Positions 1 through 12,200 of a stretch of DNA of 64,000 nucleotides are shown piece by piece (positions within the stretch are counted from its first letter, which is position 1; every line of letters begins with the position of its first letter). Both the position numbers and the translations under genes were made by a program. The stretch is taken from positions 77,562,001-77,626,000 of the forward strand of contig NC_043004.1 in NCBI RefSeq assembly GCF_006345805.1. Reading direction: 5' to 3'. The DNA is from Octopus sinensis. Its lineage: Eukaryota. The notes beneath the pieces are model-generated. The model saw only the letters and a program-made list of their open reading frames with translations, was not told the origin of the DNA and searched no databases.

Positions 1-98
1 GGCTATATTGACAGAAATGTATCCAGCGTTTCTATTTCACCAATGGATGAGTCTTTTTCTTGATTGATTATAGAACTTAACTATCCCTTGAGAGGTGG

Positions 99-455
99 TT
101 GGATGGAACTTACACTCGCCTCCTTATGAGAGCTCAAAATCTCTCGTGGAAGCGTCATCCAACCAAAGTACAAATATATGGGAAATTACCACCTGTATCA
201 TCTCTTGTGAAAGGTAGAAGAGTCCAGTTTGCTGGACATTGTTGTAGAGCTGAAAACGAGGTAATTTGTACTCTTCTCCTCTGGAAGCCATCTGCTCGTG
301 ATACCAGAGGGCGCACACTCTCCTACTCTGATGTAATCTCCAGGGATACAGGCATCCAGCGACAGGACCTCCGTAATGCTATGATGAACCGTGAAGTCTG
401 GCGTAACATAGTAAATTCCATTGTCTCAACCACGGTCGAACAATGATGATGATGT
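99..455 (+). mobile_element. 3' end of a non-LTR retrotransposon (RTE-like ORF2 C-terminus) with (TGA)n tail
   Basis: RRVQFAGHCCRA...LLLWKP...RGRTLSYSDVISRDTG...AMMNREVWR then TGATGATGATG; second copy at 6075-6372. Confidence 0.75.
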
Positions 456-1097
456 GCAGGGCAAAGGGTCATATGTTCTACCCTCGTGTACTATTAATGC
501 TTCATACATGCAAAATACTAACACACCTTCACTTCAATAGCATTCTTGTTATGGTCCTGAAAAGTATAGAGATCACCAAAGACTCATCTATGCTCTGTGG
601 TTGGTAATCCTGAGCACCACCCTAATACCTGTAAATTATTTACAGCAGAAATAATGTACAAGACTTTTTCTTTTTTCTTGCTATCCATAAGTTTGTTTTT
701 GCATTTATTGTTTGAAACATTTCAATGGGGAAGAAAATAAAAGGAAATAATTTGTTGGCTTTGAATCATTGAGAAAATCATGGTTGGGGTTGGATTCTTC
801 CAAAAAGATTTGCAGTGAAATATTTTTCAGATTTTTAGCTACCGTTGTCTTTTAAATAAATTTGTTCGCACTGTATTAGTGTTGGAGTTGCTGTCCCTAT
901 TAAAAATTGAAATATCTGACTCTACATCCAAAATGTGGAAAAAATTTGAAGACAAATTTAACATAATAAAATGTCAGGTGAGGTAGAGCAGGTATTTCAG
1001 GTGAGGTCAAGTGTTGTCCCCCACAGTATTCTTCATATTTTTTCTGCTACTTCTAGCTTCAATAACAAATTAAAATAATTTTTTTTTTTTCCTCTAG

Positions 1098-1194
1098 AGA
1101 AAAGGAATTGGCTAAGCAACGTGCTGAACGTGAACGTTATTTAAAAGAAAAACAAAAGGCTCAAGAAGCAGGTCTGGAGAGGATTCGAGAAATG
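1098..1194 (+). CDS. INCENP: INCENP exon (coiled-coil/SAH region)
   Basis: Poly-T tract and ctag acceptor; EKELAKQRAERERYLKEKQKAQEAGLERIREM; gtaaat donor, phase 0. Confidence 0.8.
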
Positions 1195-4100
1195 GTAAAT
1201 TGGGAATTTTTATAGACATTATGATTTACCTTTCTTATATCATGTATTTTGTATAAATATAAAACTACATAGTTAAATTTATAATTTATTTTGAAATTAC
1301 TAATCATAAATATTGACTTGTCATAATATGTTTGATATTGTTTACTGAAAATTATTTTTTTATTAGGAACGGGAACGATTACTTTATGAACAGAGTTTAC
1401 AAGAAAAAAAACTTGAGAAAGATCAACAAATCCAAAAACTTCTTGGTTCAGAAACCACTGCACATCAGAAAGTGGTTAGCCACAATACTACTATTACCAT
1501 TGAAAACCCTACTGAATGCTCCAAATCTGATAAAAAATCTGAAAGGTGAGTGATATGAGCTACTATTAACAGAGGTTCCTGTACATTCATTCAGCAATGC
1601 CCTTAGCATGTAGACAGCTAAATCCTTTGGAAATTCAATGGAGCAACATTTGGCCTAATTGTAGGTATCCCTGTTTTTTTTCATGAAAATCATCATCATC
1701 ATCGTTTAACGTCTGCTTTCCATGCTAGCATGGTTTGGACGATTTTGACTGAGGGCTGGCGAACCAGATGGCTGCACCAGGCTACAGTCTTGATCTGGCA
1801 GAGTTTCTACAGCTGGATGCCCTTCCTAATGCCAACCACTCCAAGAGTGTAGTGGGTGCCTTTTACGTGCCACCGGCACGGGGGCCAGTCAGGCAGTACT
1901 GGCAACAACCTCACTCGAATCTTTTTACACATTCCACCAGCACAGGTGCCAGTAAGGCGACGTTGGTAACGATCACGCTCAAATGGTGCCCTTTTACGTG
2001 CCACCGGCACGGACCCCAGTTGGCTGCTCTGGCAACGATCACGCTCGGATGGTGCTCTAGGCACCCTACAAGCACAGGCACAAGTGCCAGTAAGGTGACG
2101 TTGGTAACAATCACACTCGAATGATGCCTTTTCTGTGCCACTGGCATGGAAGCCGGTTAGCTGCTCTATCAATGATCGCACTCGTATGGTGCTCTTTGCA
2201 CCTTGCTAGCACGGACGCCAGTCATCGAATTTGATTTTGCACTAGCACTATGACCCGGCGTTGCCAGGTCATAGTGCTAGTATTTAAACAAATGCCTAGA
2301 TTTATATACGAATATAACTGTTACCTCAAAAGCGTCACATTTAGTTAAATTTCTTCAACATGGTGACCAAACTTCTCCAGTAAATACCAATTAACCAAGG
2401 TTGCTCATACATTTAATTCATTGTTACCAAACTCTACTGTAGCTATAACCAATATTAATGGGGACTCCCCCCCCCCCCCCGCCAAAAAAAAAAATTGGCA
2501 GAGTTTGTTAAAATACTGAATGAAATGCCTTGCGATATTTTGTAGGATTTCTGCATTTCTAAGTTTGAATTTCACCTGGGTTGTCTGCTTTTCGTCCTTC
2601 GGGGGTTGATAAATTTAAATAATGTACCAGTATAGTGGGGCAATGGCCCAACAGAATCATTAGAGCATTGGACATGATGCAGTATGATATTTATACGAAC
2701 TCTTTGCATTCTGAGTTCAAATTCTCCTGTAGCCTACTTAAATGGTAGTCAACTTGTTCCTTGGTTTGACCAATAACTTGGGTGTCTTCAGCTAAGTTTA
2801 TTTTTGTTGCAAAAATTTTAGCCAGACCTCCTGTGCTGATCTTTCTTTTTCTTCAGCCTTCGCAATCCTAAAAAGTGTGATGGGCACTGAATAAGCAATA
2901 CAATCAAATTGAGACATCATGTTCTAAGTGTTAGAAGAGACTTACTACTTTGTGCCTGAAGCAGAGTGTTCAGATGTAAACTAATAAATAACCAGCAGAA
3001 AATTGGCCTTTTTCTGTAGTTTAATAACTAGTAATTGGCTGATGTTGCTTAATCGGTTTGGAGCTCTCTTTTTCTGTATCCTCACTAATTAGTGTATATT
3101 ACATTACCTAAATATTTTCATCAAAAATGTATATCTCCATCTTGTTTACTATTTATGTTATAACTCGACTTTAACTGACCAGCAGTGTTGCCCTCATTCA
3201 CTGTTTGTTGGTTTGGGAGAAAGGAGTTTGATAACTTATTTCAAGCTGCTGCTGTTGAGCGAACGGTCTTCGTCCCAGAACTCGCAAGATGGGAGAGGTC
3301 CGAAACGTGATCCTTTGCTATTCGTAAGACCCGCAGAAGAGAAAGCAGGTCAACCCCCGACACCAAGAGCATCGACGGATGGGTGAATGCGCATCCAGGC
3401 TCGGCGGTTGCGTAGGAAGTCGGGGACAAGAAACAGGAAGAAAGAGTGAGAGAAAGTTGGGGCGAAAGAGTACAACAGGGGTCATCACCACCCCCTTTCG
3501 GAGCCTTATGGAGCTTTAGGTGTTTTCGCTCAATAAACACACACAACGCCCGGTCTGGGAATCGAAACTGCGATCCTCCGACCGCGAGTCCACTGCCCTA
3601 ACCACTGGGCCATTGCGCCTCCACTAGCTGCTGCTGTTCTGTTCTAACATGCTGCTTCTTTTCATTAGTATTTAGATAACAATGGGATTTTCTCTTTTCC
3701 TTCTAATTATAACAAGGAACCCCTTTTTATATCCCTTATAGTCAGTGTTTATTTATTTCATTTTACCAATAACTCTTGGCGTTACTTTTCTGTTCACACA
3801 CACCATTTCGTTTGCTTTTGAAACCAGGAGGAATAAGTGGAGGATTTTGATAGCTCTCTTCCATAGATTTTAGAAGAATATATCCTGTTCTTAACATAGA
3901 GCTTCGTTAGTGGATAAAACTATTTCTCTCATTATTTTCAACATTTTGAGAGAGTTCATTAAAATTTGTCCCCCGTGTATTATTTTCAAAAACAAATGTA
4001 CTATGAAGAAGGATTTTTCTTTTTGTGGGGTTAATATTTGTCTGTTTGCTTTTTCTAGTTATGAAATGACACCACACAAAAGTTCCTACAATAGCTATGA

Positions 4101-7100
4101 CATCGATGACTTGAAGTCTGATGATTCTACTGATGAAGAATCTAGTCCTCAAAAACCAATTCCCAAATGGGCTCAAGGTAAGCATTATAGACATGAGTTT
4201 ATTATTTCAGTCTAATTGTAGGTAGTATATTTTTATCAGCCTTGGTATTGATTAATTCAGATGTAACCTTATGACTTGAAAATATTCAGTTTAAGAGTTA
4301 ATGACACTCTCTCTCTCTCTCTCTCGCTTGCTCATTGCAAGAATATATCTATATCTTCAGAAATTTTATATGGCTTGTCTTATTCCTGTGAATACCCTTG
4401 TAGTGGGCTGGATGTGGTGCTCCACATCAATTCAATACAATGTAGCCTACTACTAAATGTAGTGTATAGATGTAACTCTTGAAGGTTCTCACGTCAGAGT
4501 AACCAGTGTACATTGAAGAATTAACACCAAGAAGGAAGAAATGCTATTTAAATATATTTATTTGTTTATCCGACAGGTTGTTAAAGAGACAGTAGCAATT
4601 CTAGTGATAGTGGCAACAAGGATGACTTACTGGTTAGTAGTTATGTAGAAAAAGGTTGTCTGTCAGTAGAGAGGGAAAGAGTAAGGTAGTCATGGTGCTG
4701 ACTAGAAAGGATAAAGACGTCATCGTCTTTGTTGCGGCCGAAAGCCTCTCTTAGCATGCCGAGCGAAGGGCGAAGGGAAGTGCTGCTCTTGGTTAAGGCC
4801 GATGCAAAAGCAGGTGTTGCTCCTTGGTCATAGCTGACACATCAGAGGAAGAGATAGAAAATTCTCTCTGTTATATAGACTATGGTCAGTAATGTAGGTC
4901 AAACCTTAAAGGACTGACCTTTCCTTGACCAGTACAGGTCCTAGGGAGTGGAGGATTTCCCACTCATTTTGACAAATCTCAGGCAACTATCATTCTGTTA
5001 CACTCACTTGAAGCCTCTTGAACACTTTGAATCCCTTTCCTTTCTTAATGGTCACCACTACAGCTTTTAAACCAAATCTACTGAAGACTTACATTCATGT
5101 CACTCATCATACTTGCATTTGAGTTACTTGGTAAAGGTTATGTTGTTGACTTATCATCGGACTATGTCTGACCCAAATCTTCAAGTAAAACTGCTCCCCT
5201 ATTGGCTCTTTCAGTGGCTTCCTATTTTATGGTGCCGTCGCTTTGTGTGCAGATAGATTTCTCTTGAATTGACACTGTATTAACTCTGATGTACCCCCAA
5301 CGTTCCCCCTTATATATCAACCTACTTGCCTTCACCACTAACAATACCTACAGTTAGCTGATAATACCACGCCACCCTAGCCTTTGTAACAAGATGAAGG
5401 TCTCAGGAACACTTGAGGGGTGTTTGATTTATCTTGTCACATACGATTGTCGAAGGGAGAACCAAAATCCAACTGTCTTCAATAGCAATAAATAATACTT
5501 TATTTTTCCGGGTTTCTCAAATAAAAAATATATACACATATATTTTCCTTAAGGGTGAACCAGTAGCCAAGTCCACAAGACTGTTCACAAATGTTCACTT
5601 GTGTGAGCCAAAATTACCGTCTCCATTCCCGCTTAGAAGAGAGCTTCTCTATATGTAGGGTTTTCCCTGAGAGAAGGCTGGTCACGTCCACTTGGTAGGG
5701 TTGCTGATTCAAAAAGGCAGATTTAGCAGGAACGCTTTCAGTTTGCAGTTCTCTGCACATGCACACGAGGGAACTTCCGGCAGCCTACCGGAAGTAATCT
5801 AACTCTGCGCATGCGCGCTGAAAACTTCCAAATATAGCATCACTACACCTTCATTCCCAACTGTCAAACCCATACTACCTTGTTACCTCTTGCCAAACAT
5901 GGATTGACTCTAAGAAGACACCTTCAAATCTTTGAACAGGAATTAGACCAATCTTGTCTCCATCAACAGCACAAGGACAAAATCATTTCACATTCTTTCA
6001 AGAAAACATTTTTATACTGTCCTCATCCAGCATGTAACTAGAACCATCAAGTTTGCTCCAAATGCTAAATCTCAGAGTCAGCCAACCAAAGTACAAATAT
6101 ATGGGAAATTACCACCTGTATCATCTCTTATGAAAAGCAGAAGAGTCCAGTTTGCTGGACATTGTTTGTAGAGCTGGAAACGAGGTAATTTCTACTCTTC
6201 TCCTCTGGAAGCCATCTGCTCGCGATACCAGAGGGCGCACACTCTCCTACTCTGATGTAATCTCCAGAGTTACAGGCATCCAGCAACAGGACCTCCGTAA
6301 TGCTATGATGGACCGTGAAGTCTGGCGCAACATAGTAAATTCCATTGTCTTGACCACGGTCAAACAATGAATCATCACAAAAGCTGCTTTCCTCATCAGG
6401 GATGGAAAATACTTTATTCCCCCAACAACCACTTTCTCTTGTACAAAGATTTGCTGAGATTTACACTGAAATATTGTTCCCACAACTTTTATTAATTTTA
6501 AGTTTTTCTGCACTGGCATTTTTGCTACTCCATTTGATCTCTTCTGACATTGCTGGCTTTCTGTGCTCCATACAGCTTACAATTATATTCAAAATATTGA
6601 CTTCACTTTCACTCAATCACATATTTTTCTGGAGGAACCATTTCATAATGTTAGGCTCTCAGTGTATACCAACATGCATGGTTTTCTTTCATTTGAGTCA
6701 CGCTATTGCAATCTAACTTTATCTTAAACAAACTGAAAAGAATCAATTTTGATAATTCAGGAACAGGTCCTGCAAAGGTTGGGAACCACTATCATTCTCC
6801 ATACAAGTGGTTTGAACATTCTTTGACATTCATGTATAAGTACAGAATGATTATATATATTTTGATCTGAATTATGGCTTGTATTGTAGGGTCCAGCGAA
6901 CCTAATTTACACATACCTATGGGTTTTAAAAAATTAAAATATAGTTTATAGTATTGAACGATGATAAAGTGATATAAGGGCCTGATGATTGGGGTTACAT
7001 TTTAAGGTTTCCAGCAAAACAATGAGAGGTTTAGGAACCGGGGAATGTACCTCATGAAACACGTGTAGCCAAATTATAAAGTAGTAGGTATTTAAAATAA

Positions 7101-7454
7101 AAATTCTTTTTTATATGGTGAGATGAAGGGGCCTACTATCTCTAAATTAAAAGATATATTTCTTCATTGAGAATAATTTGAACCCCTGTTATGCCGGAAT
7201 TTTTATTCCCTAACAAATAAAATATATATATATATTTTTTTTTTTTTTTCTTTCTCCTTTCAGGTCCTGAGCTGAAAATTGCTCTCTTTGCACAACATTT
7301 TAATCCACCAAATTTGGATAAAATCTTTCCTCCAGTAGAAATTCCTGATCTCAATGAATTGTTTGTAAAAAAGAAAGCTCACTTTAATCACCGTTCTAGT
7401 TCTGCCCACTGGGACTCCCCGATATTACGATCACATCTTCCTGTCATACACTAA
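1098..7454 (+). CDS. INCENP: Inner centromere protein, 3' part (4 coding exons: 1098-1194, 1367-1545, 4059-4177, 7264-7454); 5' part lies left of the window
   Basis: Canonical AG/GT junctions with matching phases (0,2,1). The joined translation gives a charged coiled-coil end (EKELAKQRAERERYLKEKQK...), then SYDIDDLKSDDSTDEESSPQKPIPKWAQG-PELKIALFAQHFNPPNLDKIFPPVEIPDLNELFVKKKAHFNHRSSSAHWDSP, the IN-box motif. AATAAA at 7475. Confidence 0.92.
1367..1545 (+). CDS. INCENP: INCENP exon
   Basis: ttag acceptor; ERERLLYEQSLQEKKLEKDQQIQKLLG...KKSE; gtgagt donor, phase 2. Confidence 0.8.
1687..2240 (-). mobile_element. RTE 3'UTR/tail copy. Other copies: 12066-12390, 17417-17720, 23375-23555, 24110-24366, 26635-27150, 29100-29625, 34820-35157, 42800-43125, 52830-53085, 61315-61480, 63130-63610
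   Basis: Shared gagtggttggcgttaggaagggcatccagctgtagaaac...catgctagcatggaaagcggacgttaaacgatgatgatg core with internal ~60-70-bp subrepeats. Confidence 0.85.
3257..3625 (-). mobile_element. tRNA-derived SINE (family C) with 13-bp TSD
   Basis: Head with A box TGGCCCAGTGG and B box GTTTCGATTCC; TSD AGCTGCTGCTGTT at 3244-3256 and 3626-3638. Relatives at 22305-22595 (+), 36072-36362 (+), 23170-23372 (-), 36705-36945 (-). Confidence 0.85.
4059..4177 (+). CDS. INCENP: INCENP exon (IN-box N-terminal half)
   Basis: tttttctag acceptor; YEMTPHKSSYNSYDIDDLKSDDSTDEESSPQKPIPKWAQ; gtaagc donor. Confidence 0.92.
6075..6372 (+). mobile_element. Second copy of the same LINE 3' end
   Basis: Near-identical to 161-447. 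Confidence 0.75.
7264..7454 (+). CDS. INCENP: INCENP terminal exon (IN-box C-terminal half, TSS-like motif)
   Basis: Polypyrimidine tract and cag acceptor; PDLNELFVKKKAHFNHRSSSAHWDSP...IH*; TAA 7452-7454. Confidence 0.92.
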
Positions 7455-9022
7455 ATTTTGATTGGAAGAATATCAATAAAAAAAATAAAAGAATAAAGCA
7501 AAGGGGACGCCACCCGAGACTTTTCTGTATAGTTTTTTATCTTTCGTTGTTTTTCGTTTTTTTCCATGCTTGGGTCTAAAACTAGTAGTATTTTAGATGT
7601 ATAAACAGAATAACTTATTTAGAATGTGGAATAAGGGAGTTGACTATTTTTCTTAACAATTACACCCTCTTATAATACACACATTATTGCTTCTTAACTG
7701 GATTTATTTCATTACACTATAAACATCCATTTGTAAATGAATATATATATTCTGACTTCATTCCTCATACATTCTTACATACATATCCACACAATTAGCA
7801 TGTGTAAACTTGTACGACAGAATTACATTAATTTTAATGTTATGTACGATTTGTAACATCCAAAAATAAAATATTAAAATGTTTTGTTGTCTTTGTTTAT
7901 TATTCAAAGTTTTTTTTATACTTATTTTGATGAAAATTTAATTGCATATATTTGTTAATCAAGAAATAATCATATTTTAAAACATTTATTTATTATATAG
8001 AAATAAATTTTGTTTTGATATAAACACAAGTATTTAATGAGGTATTCCTAAGAGCTCATCCTTGCTAGAATTATTAGAAATCCTTTAATTGAGCTGCTAA
8101 GAGTATTGATAATATTAGGCAAAATTTATTCCCTCAATGTATCTACCAGTAGTAACCAGTCCCATTTTACATTAATTCAATCTGTGCTACTAAGCATAAA
8201 CAATAGTATTAAATAGCAACATGTAAAAGTCCAACACCCTGGCACGTAAAAAGCACTCACAGAGTGGTTGGCGTTAGGAAGAGCATCCAGCTTTAGAAAC
8301 ACTGCCAGATCAGACTGGAGCCTTTTATCTTGGGCAGCCAAGATTCTTTGACTCTTTCATTTGCCAGTTTGCTCAATTGATAAAGGTCCTCTATCTTGTG
8401 TTTCGTAATCTCAGCACAGGTGATTGTCTTTGTGATTGCTGGACCACTTCCAGTCCAAACTATCCATTTAGTATTGGAATTTTGCTTTTTGTTCAAAGCA
8501 AGTTCAATTAAATTACGTATCTTATTGCCATAGTGGAAAGTAATTACAATATCATCTTTATGTAATTCCAAATGGGAGCCTTTAGACTCCTCAACAGTGA
8601 CAACATCTCCTTTAGTGTAGTTTTCCATGTTTTGATCTGGAAGAGAGCATTCAATACATATGGCAATATCAGATATTGTCAGAACAGAGTGGTTGGTGTT
8701 AGGAAGGGCATCCAGCCGTAAAATCCCTGCCAAAACAGATACAGTAGCCTTCAAAAGATTTTCCACCTGGCCAGCTTCTGTCAACCATCCTACCCACGCA
8801 CACAGGGAAGATGATGATGATATCTGGCCCAAATAGTATGTTTTATGTTCAAACTGGCCATCTTCCAGCTTCAAGATAATGCATGATTAATTCAAAACAA
8901 CATGAATAAGCATTATACTTGACAGAGTAATCTGAAGGCTAAAGTGTTAAGGCATCTATAATAAAAACAAAACGACTGTGTTTTAAAAATCTCTTTTTAC
9001 AAGTTAAAAACAAAATATACAT

Positions 9023-9212
9023 CTAGAAACTGTACAAATGCATTGTGTTAAAATAGTTTTTCTTCTTATTGACACTTTTAATCTCATTTCCTTGCAATAG
9101 TCTGACTGCATATTCAATAGCCTCTGAGTTGTCGCCAGCAAGACCTGCATCTACCAGCCACTTACATAAAAGTTTACCTGGGAATACTGCACGGTAAACC
9201 TTCAGGTTATAT
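9023..9212 (-). CDS. GPR155: GPR155 terminal exon (DEP domain)
   Basis: YNLKVYRAVFPGKLLCKWLVDAGLAGDNSEAIEYAVRLLQGNEIKSVNKKKNYFNTMHLYSF*; TAG 9025-9023. Confidence 0.92.
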
Positions 9213-12200
9213 CTGTAACAATAAGAAGCAGTTATATTTTAAACACATACAAAGAGATACAGTTCTGAACAGAATTTCTTTGTTTCTCCATTCACTAAAT
9301 ATTTTAAAACTGAGCCATACCACATTGATGTACTTGAACTGGTATCATCCCTAACAAGTAACTTACAGTTATGAATTTATAAAATAGGCATTTAAGTTGC
9401 TGATTGTATGTTCAACATTGAGTTAAAAGAACTCTAATACTGACTGTAATAAACTGGTAATGTCTTCATTTGTAAGTGGATTTATTTCATGCAAGTGTTA
9501 TTATTGGTTTCATACATTAATAATAGCCACAGGAGTGGCTGTATGGTAAGTAGCTTGCTTACCAACCACATGGTTCCAGGTTCATTCCCACTGCATGGCA
9601 CCTTGGGCAAGTGTCTTCTACTATAGCCTCGGGCCGACCAAAGCATTGTGAGTGGATTTGGTAGACGGAAACTGAAAGAAGCCCGTCGTATATATATATA
9701 TATGTGTGTGTGTATATTTGTCTGTGTTTGTCCACCCAACATCGCTTGACAACCGATGGTGGTGTGTTAGCGTCCCCGTAACTTAGCGGTTCGGCAAAAG
9801 AGACCGATAGAATAAGTACTAGGCTTACAAAGAATAAGTCCTGGGGCCGATTTGCTAGACTAAAGGCAGTGCTCCAGCATGGCCACAATCAAATGACTGA
9901 AACAAGTAAAAGAGTAAAACAAAAAAAGAGTATAATTCCTTCATACATAATAATGTGAAGAAGTGAACTTGTGATCAAACAAAAAATAATTTTAAGTCAT
10001 TAATGACTGGATTTGGAAAGTGGAACATAAACGATGATGAATTCATTTGTAATAAGTAGACATCCTACCTGATATCTCTTTCTATATCACCTCTGCAGTT
10101 TGTTTTGTGATATTTCTTAAACTGGTGACATTTTAGTTGTGTAGCTCCATCAATTTTGTTGATACCATCACCCTCTGAACAACACTTAAAGCAGCGACAG
10201 CTACAATAGAAAAAATTGATTTAAGTTTTCTTTGGAGCAATGCTCATAACTTATTTTTCATTGTTGAGTATATTTGCTGGAGTTCCACCTTCATATAATA
10301 TATCAAAAGCAAATCAACTTAGCAGGCTCAATTTTTCTATAATCAGGTGATCTCAGCCAAATTTATGTAAAGGTATGAGGGCGGAGGAACTCTTGAGAGT
10401 CAACGGCCATCCAATAAATGTGTAATTATATATCACCTCATCGTGGTAAGGGGGTGAAACAGGAGTGTCAGAGCTATGCCGTTGGAGACTTCGGTTTCTG
10501 GTAGGGCCACCCAAGGTGGATTGTTCTGACACCCAGCGGTATCAGGACAGCAGCCAACTAATGGGGCTCTGGTGAACAGAAGCGTCTGATCCGGCAACCG
10601 GCAGCTTCAACCCGTCCTGACCCTGCGTCTGTGGAAAATCTACAGCAAACAAGACGTTCTCCCAACAGGGATATACTTGCAGCTGGGGACCGCTAGCGAA
10701 CTTCCTATTCCTCATGTATATCGCACCTTCAATGTATAATCATTCTTTTATGAGTAGCGGAAATTGTGAATGGGAGACTGAGTCACTGACTTGGATAACC
10801 TTTAACTAAATGACACGCTTAACATGCCAACCAGAAATTTTAGTTTCAACTAAATGACGCAGAGTACTAACTAGGGAATATGTATATTCATTCTATACCT
10901 AAGTTCACACCAAGAAAAGAGCATTGTTACAACTTTTTAGAGCTGAACTGGAGTTGAGGGAATTAACAGATATTATTGCCAAATGAATCCAAACAAGTTG
11001 TCTTTGATCAGATAGTTGTACTAATGCTAACAATTTCTTAAAATAGCCACAAATTCAGGAGAAAGTCAATTTAATTTACCCCAGAAAATTTTCTTGAGGG
11101 TTTAACCAGAAGGGAGAGCAGTGCCAATAACTTTTTGAAGAGCCTGTTTTGGCCACTTGTATTTGTAATCATAAATGAAAGGATATGATTACAAATACAA
11201 GTGGCCAAAACAGGGTTTCTCCAAAGGAGATCTGAAGTAATGTTACTCGATGGTGCATAGCTCAGAGATCAAGGAGTCTTTCCAGATTGAGCCACTTCAT
11301 CTCTGCATTGGTACTACAGACATGTGAGTAGAATGTTACAGTAAAGAATCACAAGACAGATTCTTCAAGCTGAGCCAACAAGCAGGAGACATGAGTGAAA
11401 CAGTTGGATAATATCCATAATCTCTGCTGGTCCTGCTTGGAAATTCTATTGGAAAGTGTAATGAAATCAGCTTCTGATAGGATCCTATGGTGGAAGTGCC
11501 TGATGACTCCACCCACTGACCCTTTTAAGAATAATGGGTGGTGAAAATTGACATAAGGGTGGATGGACATTTAAAAACAAATTAACTAAGCTAAATGCAA
11601 CTTCTATGATAAAATAATTTGGAGGAAACAAAGCAAAAATCAGTTATGTTACCTGGCAAGAAAAGCTCCAAGTCGCATTTTGACATCAAAACCAAAAATG
11701 ACAAATAAAATGAGTCCCTGGAAATAAGATGAAGTAATAACCATTTATTAATTACCAAGATAAAAGTTAGGAAAAAATATAACTACATTAAAATTTGGAA
11801 ATATATCAAAAATGTCTTCATACTTTGTTCACAATGCTGAAATTAACGTGATTTCTTCAAAAATTCATTTCTATTTTTTGTCAATTTCAGAAATTCATTT
11901 CCAGAATTTGTGATGTTTGATACAACACATCTTGTTATACAATCTGTACGGCACTGTTCCATGATAATACATTCCAGAGCTAAAAATACCTGGCATCACT
12001 ACCCTCACAAGAATAGTAGAGCCACTTGGAGATTATACTCTCATTCATCATTAAAGCTCATGCAGTCATCATCATCATCATCATCATCGTTTAGCGTCCG
12101 TTTTCCATGCTAGCATGGGTTGGACGGTTCAACTGGGGTCTGGGAAGTCAGGAGGCTGCACCAGGCTCCAGTCTGATCTGGCAGTGTTTCCTAATGCCAA

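Noticed and set aside
2858-2892. Candidate extra INCENP exon after ttcttcag
   Set aside because: It hits a stop after ~11 codons, and exons 1367-1545 and 4059-4177 already join in phase.
9050-9070. Suspected frameshift in the GPR155 DEP exon
   Set aside because: Recounting the T-run across the line break gives an intact frame (NKKKNYFNTMHLYSF*).
10480-10620. HDV-like ribozyme in the putative LINE 5'UTR
   Set aside because: A C(UUCG)G hairpin and a CCACC/GGTGG stem are visible, but I could not build the nested double pseudoknot by eye; it needs an RNArobo/Infernal search.
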